Source of the DNA: Azolla caroliniana
Lineage: Eukaryota > Plantae > Polypodiophyta
DNA length: 64,000 bases
Assembly (NCBI GenBank): GCA_043228905.1
Contig: JBHGNT010000002.1
Location: 8,990,001 to 9,054,000, forward strand
Direction: 5' to 3'
A model generated the notes under the pieces. It worked only from the letters and a program-made list of their open reading frames with translations. It ran no database searches and was not told where the DNA came from. Every line of letters starts with the position of its first letter. The stretch's first letter is position 1. A program made the translations under genes and the position numbers. This document shows, piece after piece, positions 37,974-48,157 of this stretch.

Positions 37974-40900
37974 TTAAAGACGACGAGTGGAACGAGTCAG
38001 CGCTACTTGCGGACCGGGTTTGTCCGGATACTTTCGGTGGAAATCAGCAAGAAGATCTTGTGCATTGGCAACATTCTCGACGGGTTCCCAAGTACGTTCA
38101 CTCGGACTATAACCGAGCCAATCGACCAAGTAATAGAGTTTGTTGCGAACAAGTTTGGAATCGAGGATGGCAGCAACTTCATACTCCGGGCCGGCGTCCA
38201 ACTCCAGTGGGGGCGGCGGTGGTGTCACACGATCGGGAATGGTGTTTGCTTTATAAGGTTCAAGAAGAGAACAATGGAAAACCGGATGTATCTGAAGCTG
38301 CGGAGGGAGATCAAGGCGGAAGGTGACATCATTAATCTTCCCCGTAATACGGAAAGGACCGAGTCGTCGATAATCCAACTTGTCGCACGGTCGAGTAGTC
38401 TTGATGTGACGACGTAAGAGCCATACTCGATCTCCGATGGCAAAAGAGGAGGGAATCCGATGACGATCCGCATAAGTCTTCTGTGTGTGTTGAGCATGAC
38501 GAAGGTGAGTAGAGAGATCCATCTGGATCTTGCGTAGCCTCTCCAAATGATCCTCGGCACGAGGGTTGGTAGGTAGCTCCGGAGTGTCGATCACCGACCA
38601 GCGAGGATGGAAACCGGTATAAGCGAAAAATGGGGAGACCCGAGTCGAGGAGTGAATAGCATTATTATACGCAAACTCCGCAAAGTGGAGAATCTCGGCC
38701 CAATCGTCCTGTTGATAACTCAGGAAACACCGGAGATATTGCTCCAGCGTTTGGTTTGTTCGTTCCGCCTGTCCGTCGGTTTGAGGATGGTAGCCGGAGG
38801 AGAGGTTGCAGGAGACCTTGAGCATCTTGAAGAGATGCCGCCAAAATTTGGAGACAAATTGCGGGCCTCGGTCACTGATAATACTGTCTGGGAGGCCATG
38901 ATGCCGAAAAACCTCACGCATAACAAGAGCGGCGGTTTCCTCGCTAGTGATGGCTTTAGTACATGGCACAAAATGTGCCATCTTCGTATATCGATCGACG
39001 ACGGTTAGGATAGCATCGAACCCTTTCGAGACCGGCAGATCTGTGATAAAATCAAGACAAATAGACTGCCATGGCTTACTTGGAATTGGTAAAGGTTCCA
39101 ACAAGCCATATGGATGGTGTCGTGGCATCTTTGCTCGGCAGCAAGCATCACAGGTCCGAACGTAGTCGTCGACAAAACGGCGCATGTGGGGCCACCAAAA
39201 AGATCGCTGCACTAGCTCCAACGTCTTAGTACTACCGAAATGTCCCGCCGTATGGGTGTCGTGACAATGTTGGACAATTTGAAGGCGACAGGAGCAATCG
39301 GGGACATATACGCGCTTTTTAAAGAATAACAAACCATCATGATATTCGAATTGTCGGTAGTCAATACCTGGTTGTTGAGACTGAGAACAGGATGCCCGAG
39401 AAGTATCAATGTGCGCCAGGATGTCTTGAGCAAAACTATCCGTCTTCAAGGTTGCACGTATGTCATCGGTAATCCGTGAATCCATCGGGGTGTGAAAAAT
39501 CCGCGTCGTGTGCAATCGTGTTGGTCCCAAGATTACTTGCTTTTGATTATCAAATGTTGCTTCACCAGGACGAGGTGCAAGATATGAACGTCGTGATAGT
39601 GCATCTGCTTTTCCTTGCTGCTTCCCCGGTCGATATGTGATTTTGAAGTCGAAACGCGTGAGGAATTGCGCCCACCGAGCTTGCCGTCGATTTAGTACGC
39701 GAGCGTTCTGAAAATAAGCAAGATTTTTATGATCGCTGAAGACAATGACCTGATGTGGAGAGCCCTCTAAGAAATGCCGCCATTGTACAAATGAATCCAC
39801 GATGGCTAATAACTCCTTGTCATGTATTTCGTAGTTGATTTCTGCGACATCGAATTTGCGCGAATGAAAAGCCACCGGATGCAACTCTTCTTTATCACCT
39901 TGTTGAGAAAGGATGCTACCGAGGGCGAAATCTGATGCGTCGGCCTCCATGATGAATGGTTTGCTTGTATCCACATGAGCTAGAATCGGTGCTGATGTAA
40001 AGGCTTTCTTAAGATGCCGAAAAGCCATATCTGCTTCAATGGACCAAAGAAATGCTTGGCCCTTCTTCGTAAGTTGTGTGAGAGGTAAAATAATCTTCGA
40101 GTAATCCTGTATAAACTTACGGTAGAAGTTAGCAAAACCTAGAAAACATTGTACATCTCGTACCGACCGTGGAATTTGCCACTCTAGTACAGTTTGGATC
40201 TTAGCTGGATCCATGGCGATGCCCTTTGAGGAGATGACGTAGCCTAGAAACTCCACTTGCTTGCAGTCAAAGCTACATTTTTCTAGCTTGGCATAAAGAC
40301 CATTCTCGCGGAGTCGCTTTAGTACTAATAGTACATGAGAGTCGTGCTCTTCCTGGGTCTTCGAATAAATCAACAGATCATCCAGATAAATGATCAAACA
40401 GATATCCAAGAGGTCTCTGAATATATCATTTGCCATGTGTTGGAAGACTGCGGGTGCATTGGTTAGGCCAAACGGCATAACAGTATACTCAAAATGCCCA
40501 TACCGCGTGCGAAAAGCGGTCTTCCACTCATCTCCCGGTCGGATCCGCACGAGATTATACGCTCCGCGTAGGTCGATTTTAGTAAAAAACTTGGCACCAT
40601 TAACTCGCTCTAAAAGACTTGATATAAGAGGAAGTGCATACCTATTCCGGATGGTGACTTTATTTAATCCGCGGTAATCAACGACAAGACGAAGTGAGCC
40701 ATCTTTCTTCTTGACAAAGAAGATGGGTGCACCGGCCGGAGATTTCGAATGACGGATGAACCCGCTTGCCAAGTTCTCCTCTATGTAGGCTCGAAGGACT
40801 TCTAACTCGGTGGGTGACAGGTTGTAAATTGGTCCCCATGGTGGCTCGGTTCCTGGTTGTAAATCGATGGGACAGTCATAGGGACGGTGATGAGGAAGGG

Positions 40901-41555
40901 TACCGGCTTTTACCTTGTCAAATACATCGGCATAAGGATGATATTTTGCCGGAAGTTGTACTGAGGAGTCCTTCTTAATAGTGTTGGAAGGATGTACTGA
41001 TATGGAAAATAGGAACATTGCCTCCTTGGGTCCTTCTTCGCGTAGTTGATGGAGTGAAATGGTCGAAACTCGGCGAGTTGATTCTTGGGGTGGTCGATAT
41101 CGGACTTCTCTTGTTCTCCAATCTATGGCTGGATTATGTAACTCAAGCCAAGGTAATCCTAGGACAATGGGATGCTCTGGACTACTAATTATATTAAATG
41201 ATATTATACACACAAAACTACCTAGGACAACTTGAATGGGTTCTGATTCTTCTACAATATTCCCGGAAGCAATGGGACGACCATCAATGACCACTACAGA
41301 TGCGGGACAAGGAAGTTTTCTTAAGGATATCTGAGAAGCTTGGGCAAAATTTCGATCCATGAAACAGGAATTAGCTCCGGAATCTAAAAGTGCTAGGACG
41401 GGTACTGGGGGAGTACTTTTAGTACTAACAATGACTTGGGCTAGGAACACATTGCTAACTTGCTTGGAAGGAATGGAACCACTAATGGGCTGTACAGATC
41501 TAGGGCTGCTGTCCAACCAAATGGCTCCTATTTTGGCTGGACTCAATCGTTTAAC
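37974..41555 (-). CDS. pol: Chromovirus pol: PR-RT-RH-IN-chromodomain
   Basis: LLDSGA, YLDDLL, EADASD, ADALSR, SDRGPQF, GPFRI, EYEVAAILD..YLVDWLGY..TWEP; 1190-aa open frame. Confidence 0.97.
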   Translation of the reverse strand, partial: VKRLSPAKIGAIWLDSSPRSVQPISGSIPSKQVSNVFLAQVIVSTKSTPPVPVLALLDSGANSCFMDRNFAQASQISLRKLPCPASVVVIDGRPIASGNIVEESEPIQVVLGSFVCIISFNIISSPEHPIVLGLPWLELHNPAIDWRTREVRYRPPQESTRRVSTISLHQLREEGPKEAMFLFSISVHPSNTIKKDSSVQLPAKYHPYADVFDKVKAGTLPHHRPYDCPIDLQPGTEPPWGPIYNLSPTELEVLRAYIEENLASGFIRHSKSPAGAPIFFVKKKDGSLRLVVDYRGLNKVTIRNRYALPLISSLLERVNGAKFFTKIDLRGAYNLVRIRPGDEWKTAFRTRYGHFEYTVMPFGLTNAPAVFQHMANDIFRDLLDICLIIYLDDLLIYSKTQEEHDSHVLLVLKRLRENGLYAKLEKCSFDCKQVEFLGYVISSKGIAMDPAKIQTVLEWQIPRSVRDVQCFLGFANFYRKFIQDYSKIILPLTQLTKKGQAFLWSIEADMAFRHLKKAFTSAPILAHVDTSKPFIMEADASDFALGSILSQQGDKEELHPVAFHSRKFDVAEINYEIHDKELLAIVDSFVQWRHFLEGSPHQVIVFSDHKNLAYFQNARVLNRRQARWAQFLTRFDFKITYRPGKQQGKADALSRRSYLAPRPGEATFDNQKQVILGPTRLHTTRIFHTPMDSRITDDIRATLKTDSFAQDILAHIDTSRASCSQSQQPGIDYRQFEYHDGLLFFKKRVYVPDCSCRLQIVQHCHDTHTAGHFGSTKTLELVQRSFWWPHMRRFVDDYVRTCDACCRAKMPRHHPYGLLEPLPIPSKPWQSICLDFITDLPVSKGFDAILTVVDRYTKMAHFVPCTKAITSEETAALVMREVFRHHGLPDSIISDRGPQFVSKFWRHLFKMLKVSCNLSSGYHPQTDGQAERTNQTLEQYLRCFLSYQQDDWAEILHFAEFAYNNAIHSSTRVSPFFAYTGFHPRWSVIDTPELPTNPRAEDHLERLRKIQMDLSTHLRHAQHTQKTYADRHRIPSSFAIGDRVWLLRRHIKTTRPCDKLDYRRLGPFRITGKINDVTFRLDLPPQLQIHPVFHCSLLEPYKANTIPDRVTPPPPPLELDAGPEYEVAAILDSKLVRNKLYYLVDWLGYSPSERTWEPVENVANAQDLLADFHRKYPDKPGPQVALTRSTRRL

Positions 41556-42700
41556 TCTTCATCTAATTGACTAAGGATTTCAAATTTATTTGAGATACTT
41601 GGGCTATTAGTACTATGAATACTATCTGACACTCTATTAGTACTATTACTACTATCAGACACTCCGAAGGGAAGAATTGACTCAGGTTTAGTACAGGCGA
41701 CAATTTGATTTACCTGTCTTCTTGGCCTATGGGGACAATTGATGGCGATATGTCCTGGTCCACCGCAATAAAGGCATAATCGATTGGCACGTCGTCGTTG
41801 CTTTTCTTCTTCCGATAACGGGCCGCGTCGACGCATGGTATCGATCTCCATCGGTGTCGAAGTATTTGCTTGAGGTATGTCTCGTGCAAACGGTTTAGCC
41901 GCGACTGCGGCGTAAGTGGGCTCTGGCCTAGAGCGTGGTATCTGTAATTGACGTTCTGAACGCCGTTCAAAAAGGCGGTTGTCACATCGAACTGCTCGAC
42001 TGATTGCCTCCGTAAGAGACTTTGGTTCTTCGGGGAAAGTTAGAAGTAGATCTTTGACATCGTTTCGCAAGCCATAGCGAAACTGCTCCATTAGTGCTTG
42101 ATCATCCCAGGGTATATCTGAAGCAAGTAGGCGGAAATCCGCCGCGTAGGCAGAGGCTGGACGATCGCCTTGACGCAATCGCCGGATCTTGTTGATCGCC
42201 GTCCTGATGCTGTCGGTGTCTCCAAAGCAGGCTTTAAACTCACCAATAAAATCTTCAAAGTTATTAAGCAAGGGCGATTGTTTTTCTAGAAGCGGAGCGA
42301 ACCATGCCAAGGCTGAGCCGCTAAGTAGCGTGCCTATTAGGCCGACTCGAGATGCATCAGTGGGATATCGGGAAGGATGCATCTGGATGACTAAGCGTAC
42401 CTGATTAAGGAATCCCCGAAATTGCGAACGCGTTCCATCAAATTTCACAGGAAGTCCAATCTTGGGCTCTTTATGAAATCCTTGGGGACTGGATCCTTGT
42501 TGTTGCAACGCTGCTTCGAGTTGTTGTACCCGTAATGCTAACTCCCCATGTTGTTGTTGCGTTTGTTGTTTTTCTAGAGCGATTTGTTGCAGATCCCCTA
42601 TCAGCCGTTGGTTTTCTTGTTCCAAGGCAACAAACTTTTCTTTTAGGCACTGTAGCTCGGAGAAAACGGATTGGTATTCTTGGGCGCTAACAGTAGCCAT
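41543..42700 (-). CDS. gag: Chromovirus gag
   Basis: PVKFDGTR, LRQG, PMEID, CLYCGGPGHIAINC knuckle; 385 aa. Confidence 0.95.
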   Translation of the reverse strand: MATVSAQEYQSVFSELQCLKEKFVALEQENQRLIGDLQQIALEKQQTQQQHGELALRVQQLEAALQQQGSSPQGFHKEPKIGLPVKFDGTRSQFRGFLNQVRLVIQMHPSRYPTDASRVGLIGTLLSGSALAWFAPLLEKQSPLLNNFEDFIGEFKACFGDTDSIRTAINKIRRLRQGDRPASAYAADFRLLASDIPWDDQALMEQFRYGLRNDVKDLLLTFPEEPKSLTEAISRAVRCDNRLFERRSERQLQIPRSRPEPTYAAVAAKPFARDIPQANTSTPMEIDTMRRRGPLSEEEKQRRRANRLCLYCGGPGHIAINCPHRPRRQVNQIVACTKPESILPFGVSDSSNSTNRVSDSIHSTNSPSISNKFEILSQLDEELND

Positions 42701-43646
42701 AGTATAGGGGAAAGGGTAGGAAGATGAGGGAGAGTGACAAGTAGGCTAGAGGAGAAAATTGGTTCAAACTGTCAGGAATAGTACTAAAACAGAGATGGAA
42801 TTAGTACTAAGAAGAGTAGTACTATTAGTACTATTAGTACTAAGAGGACGGGACTGCGTAAGATTCCCGAGAGAGAGGAAGTGAGAAGAGGAGAGAGAGA
42901 GAGAGAGAAATAGGATAATGACAGCAGCTCTTATATTATATGAAAGATAAGTACAAATCGACTAAGAGGCTTAAGACTGGTGTTGAACCAATTTGGTTCA
43001 ACATAATGCTTAGTGCCTTCTTTTATAGTGTTCTCAGGAATAATCCTGAAGCTTCTAGAATGTTCCAGAGAAATCTGGAATATACATTACTTTCTTATAA
43101 TAAAACATAAATGAAAATAATATTCTATGAATTACAATAGATGGTGAGATGGTTAAGAGCTCGACCCATATACCATAAGGTCATGGGTTCGAGTCTTGCC
43201 ATCTCATGACATATTGTATTCGATTAATCAATATTTAGATAAGAATATGTATTTAGATTGAAAGAAAGATATAAGAAACTTGTGAATCCCACAAGTATAG
43301 ATTATATTATTTTCGTGAATCCCACGATTATATTAATCGGTTGGTGTTTTCGGAAATATATCCAATTTCCAAATATTTCACACCCTAAAGAATACATGAT
43401 TTTTACCTTTTAATAAAGGTACATGTGTAAATAAAGGTGTTATACGTATTAAATCTATATATATAACACTAAAGATAAGTTATTACAATGGTAAAGTTGG
43501 GGTTTATCTACGTGGAGGTGCAGGGTTTGAATCCTGCCCTATGCACGTGATAAATGTTTTGATATATTATTTATTTATTTATATGTATCTAAAATCGGAT
43601 ATATTATTTTATGGTTTTCACGTAGTGTGTGGAATACACTACGACA

Positions 43647-44447
43647 CCGTTCCGGTCCGGTGTCCGCTTCGAATCGGTACCGTCGGTTTCCTTGTCTTTC
43701 GGAAGTGCCGATAGTTCTTCTGGAAGTGTCCTGGCTTGCCGCAATAGAAGCAGGTAGGCCTCCCCCTTGACTTTGACCGTGTCCCCGACTTGTCCTGGTT
43801 CTGGGGACTACGGTTCCTTTGTCTTCCGCGTTCCGATTCGGTAAGGAACGCTTTGGAGTCGGAGCTCGTATCCTTATCTTTCCGGCACGCCTCCTCATCT
43901 AGCAAGCTCGACTTCACTCTTGCTAGGGATAACCGTTTCCCTTCCTACCCGGCATTGCTCAGAGTGACAACCAACGTCTCCCAGCTATCTGGGAGGGAAC
44001 CGAGCAGGAGCAGCGCTAGTACCTCATCAGCGAGAGGTACTTCCAATGATGTTGCTTGGTGGATCAGCCCCTGGAAGGCATTCATGTGCTCCGCCATGTT
44101 GGAGCCATCTTGGTACCAGAGTCTTACTAGCTTCCGAAATACCGAAACCTGATTAACAACATTTTTGTTCTGAAACATAATGCCAATCTTCTCCCAGAGC
44201 TCATGAGCCTTGCTCTCTTCATTGAAGTTGTTGTATAGACTCATGTCGATGAAGCACCGTATGTACGCCGTTGTCTTCATGTGCATCACCTCCCATATCC
44301 TGGCGTCGATTTTGTCCGGTCTCTTGTCCCAGAACTGAACCGGCAACCAAATATCTTTAACCACGAGCATGTCCCTCATCTTCGACTTCCACACTGAATA
44401 GTTGGAGCCGGTGAGCTTGAACATGTCGCCCAACGATTCGTCCATTT
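43647..44447 (-). pseudogene. gag: Copia B2 gag
   Basis: KLTGSNYSVWK, SLPDSWETL, CFYCGKPGH; contains a stop. Confidence 0.88.
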
Positions 44448-45522
44448 TATGTGTCGTTTTGCTCTTATACGACTCTGACAGGAATACACACTCCTGATGA
44501 ACAACGCTCGGCCACAACCGAGCCTAGAATCAAACACAGTAAACGGGTAATGAACGTACGACACAGTGAAGAGAAGAGTACACAGGATGTTAACGTGGAA
44601 AACCCAAACTAGGGAAAAACCACGGCAGGCCACAGACTGCAAACTATCACTATATCTGAATGTACAATAGAGAAGCACCGAGGCAACGACCTCGAGCTTG
44701 CTATCTTCGCCACACGCAGCGGTTACAACAGAGGCAACAACTTTTCCTCTCTCTCTCTCTCTCTGTACACAGTTATGCGCTCTAATCTTGCACCAACAAG
44801 AATAACAACATATACACTAAGTTTTCCCTAAGTCATATTTATACTAAAATGACTTTTCGGCTATTTACAAATATAGCGCCGATGGACTCTCAGAAACATA
44901 TTTACGAATATGTCCCTTCATCCGGTGAGCACTCCTCACCGGCCCTGCATCATCCGATGCTTGCCGGGCACTCATCATCTGGTTCTCACTGGGTCATCCG
45001 TTTCTGGGTACTCCTGATCCGGTTCTCACCGGGTCTTCCGTTGCCGGGTACTCCACATCCGGTTTCGGCCTCGGCCGAGTTTGCTCATGAACACTGTTCT
45101 CCTCACTTCCCATCCAGAGGGACCTGCTTCCTAACATATAGTGGTTTAAGAAGAATGGTAGTTAGTGAAGAATGGTGCCAATGGAAGGGATCTAAAACGC
45201 AACAAGCAGAAGAAGTAGTTTCGATAATATTCAATGCTTCCTTTTGGTCAAATGTAAAGATGATAGTGGAAATATGCTCACCAATTTTAAAAGTGTTGCG
45301 ATTGGCGGATAGAGAAGGTGCAACAATGGGGTTGATATATGAATGTACACAACGAATGATAGACGAAATAAATAAAATGCAAGGAATCAATAACATGTTG
45401 CTTCATGAAATTAGAGGATTATGCATGGATAGATGCAAAATGTTACATTCACCATTACATGCAATTGGATATCTCTTACATCCAATTTGGTGGGAAAATT
45501 CTCAAGTTTTTGATAATGTGGG

Positions 45523-47026
45523 TAAAAATGCATGATTTACCTTTTAATAAAGGTAGGCGCAAATAAAGCACGTATAGTTACTAAATCTATTTATAGAACA
45601 CTAAAGATAAGGTAGTATAATGGTAAAGTTGAGGTTTGGCTACGTGGAGGTACAGAGTTCGAATCACGCCCTGCGCAGTAGTGAGTATTTCCTTCTTCTT
45701 TTTTACATTTATGTCTCTTTATCCGGCTCTTCCTTGCCGGTATGCCGTTTTCTTCCTTGCCGGTATGCCGTTTTCCTCCTTGCCGGTATGCCGTTTTCTT
45801 CTGGTTCTCACCGAGCACTCCATTCTCTATCCGGAGGGACAAAAATATAATTTCCACATAGTGTGCAACCTACACTACGACACTCGCCCCCTCCAAACCC
45901 GCACATCCTCCGGTATGTGCCGAAGTTGCCGATGCTCGTTGTCTCCCCTTCATCCTCCGTTTGTCCCGCTATGTCAACTTTGTCTCTCCATTTTGAGTAG
46001 ACCCATTCTTTCCACCCGAACCATTGTCGCCATCCGATCCACCATATTCTTTGTTCTGTCTCGTCATATTCTTGGCCCTTGTCATTCGTGGTAGTGTCTT
46101 TTACTGGCCTCTTTCTTGTCTTCATCAACCTTGACTTTTTTCCGGATCGCTCTCGTCCGATCGACTTTCGGTTTGATCGGCTTTCGATCGGATTCGTATT
46201 CGGCCGAATCGGAATCGGTTGTTCGGTTTCGATTGAGTCGGTCTCCTTCCGGCCCGGTTTCAATCTATCGGTTTTGGTTTTGGTTGGCTTTCTTTTCCTC
46301 ATTTTCACCAGCCTCGACCGGTCCAACCTCCGATTGAGTCGGATTAGCTTCTTTCCAGATCGGTCTCGTCCGATCGGCTTTCGGCTAGGTCGGCTTCCAT
46401 CCATATTCGCGTTCGGCCAAGTCAGACTCGGTCGATCAGTTTTGACCAAGTCGACCCCTTTTCGGGTCGGCTTTCTTTCGGGTCGTCTTTCGGCCGAATC
46501 CTCATTCGCCCGATTCAGCTTTCGTTTGTGTCGTCTTTCGGCCGAATTCTCTTCCTTTCGGTTCGGCTTTCTTTCGGGTCGACTTTCGGTCGAATCCTCT
46601 TTTACCCGGTTCGGCTTTCTTTCGGATCGGAATCCCGTCCGGATCACCTTCCATCCTAACTGGCTTCCGACTTTACCTTTCTTGCTGCCACCTCCCGTCT
46701 CTTCGGTCTCACGTTGCTTCTCAGACACAACCGCCGAAGTCTCTAGGATTAGTGGGCAGGAATCCTCGGTATTATCATCCTCCGTTGTTTCACCCATAGC
46801 CATATTCTCGGTTATCTCTCCGTCATACACATCGGCTTCGACCTTTGTTTTCTCTCCGCCACCTTTCGTCTCTTCGGTCTCACGTTGCCTTTCGAACGCA
46901 ACCGCCGGAGTCTCTGGAATCAATGGTGTGGAAGTCTCGATATGACCATCCGCTATTGATTCGTCCATAGCCACCTTCGATTCGATGTCATCTTTCGTGG
47001 CGACCTCCTCAATCAAGTCCTCCTTG
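45523..47026 (-). repeat. 1.5-kb doubly truncated copy of 53238-54741 inside the hAT transposase
   Basis: About 5 substitutions over 1504 bp; no TG/CA ends and no TSD. Confidence 0.92.
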
Positions 47027-47330
47027 TGCATCTCCATGTGAGAGAAATTGGAGTACCTTTTCATTGATACACACTAAGAGGAGAAATAGGTTGAGTCATT
47101 ATCATATAGAGAAGCTAGTATACTTGCATACAAACCATCGCCTATTAAAGAAAGTCAAAGAAAGAGATTCATGCCGTATAGAAGTGACTTTGGATATGAT
47201 TAATAAAGAAGAAGAAGATGATAGGCTTTTGGTATTGCAAAGACAACATGCAACTATGGTTAATGAGGATTTTGAAGAAGAAGATGATGATGGGCAAGAT
47301 GTTAACATTGACAATGCACCTCAAGAGTAG
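47027..47330 (+). pseudogene. hAT transposase C-terminal dimerisation domain
   Basis: ASPCERNWSTFSLIHTKRRNRL..KLVYLH. Confidence 0.88.
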
Positions 47331-47671
47331 AAAGATGAGATTAACTATTAGTACTATGAATTTAGAGCTACTTTCTAGGTTAATGTTCATGTTTGAAGTT
47401 TGAACTTTGGATAAATTTTGGTTCATGTTTAGAATTTTGGATGCTATTTTGTTAGTTTTCAATGAATTTATGGTCTTGATTTTTGTCTATAAAAATCTTG
47501 ATTATTTTTTATTTTTCATATTTAAAAAAAAAATTAAAGTAATAAAAAAATAAAAAAATAAAAAAATAGACGAATGGATTCCAATTATACTTGGAGCCAT
47601 TTCACGTATGAGTATGATACGAATATTCACCTCTGAGTATGACACGTTTGAGACGTATGGCTAGAACTATG

Positions 47672-48157
47672 ATCGTATCGATAATGCGAGAATCCAATGG
47701 AGTGTCAAAAACCCTTGCTGCTTGGAGTTGTGTTGGTCCCAAGATTACTTGCTTTTGATTATCGAATGCTAGATCATCAGGATGAGGTGCTAGATATGAG
47801 CGCCACGATAATGCATCTGCCTTCCCTTGTTGCTTCCTAAGACGATATATAATTTTGAAGTCGAAACAAGTGAGGAATTGGGCCCACCGAGCTTGTCGTC
47901 AATTTAATACACGAGCATTCTAGAAGTAGGCAAGATTTTTTTGATCACTGAATACACTGACTTGATGAGAAGGTCCCTCTAAAAACTGCCTCCATTGTGC
48001 AAAAGAGACCATTATTGCTAATAGCTCCTTGTCATGTATCTCGTAATTGATTTCGGTGGCGTCAAACTTGTGCAAGAGCAAAGCCATAGGATGTAGTTTT
48101 TCATTATCGCCTTGTTGTGATAGAATGCTACCAAGGGCGAAATCCGACGCATCCTAT
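47672..48157 (-). pseudogene. pol: Old Tcn1-like chromovirus RNase H remnant
   Basis: Colinear with ~39460-39945 (ADALSW, HKFDATEINYEIHDKELL). Confidence 0.85.

Larger units (their letters stand above)
37521..43211 (-). mobile_element. Intact Tcn1/Tf1-like chromoviral Ty3/Gypsy, self-priming
   Basis: Apparently identical 442-bp LTRs 37521-37962 and 42770-43211; TSD TATTG; PPT 37963-37974; no tRNA PBS, but the sequence at the PBS position is complementary to the LTR; uninterrupted gag and pol. Confidence 0.96.
37370..43646 (-). repeat. Solo LTR of the Trp-primed gag-only family (pieces 37370-37520 and 43212-43646), internally deleted
   Basis: TGTCGTTCCTTTCGG...ACACTACGACA; 4-bp TSD CCGT; A/B cassette at 43481-43534. 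Confidence 0.9.
33386..45136 (-). mobile_element. Full-length Ty1/Copia (family B, copy B2), interrupted
   Basis: LTRs 33386-34092 and 44476-45136; TSD TATAG; decayed Met PBS 44461-44472; PPT 34093-34102. Confidence 0.95.
30945..47671 (+). mobile_element. hAT DNA transposon (degraded, multiply interrupted)
   Basis: Transposase pieces 32245-33385, 45137-45522 and 47027-47330. Candidate right TIR CATAGTTCTAG (reverse complement) ends 47671. TATGATACG-type subterminal motifs at both ends. Left TIR not found, so the left boundary is approximate. Confidence 0.8.
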
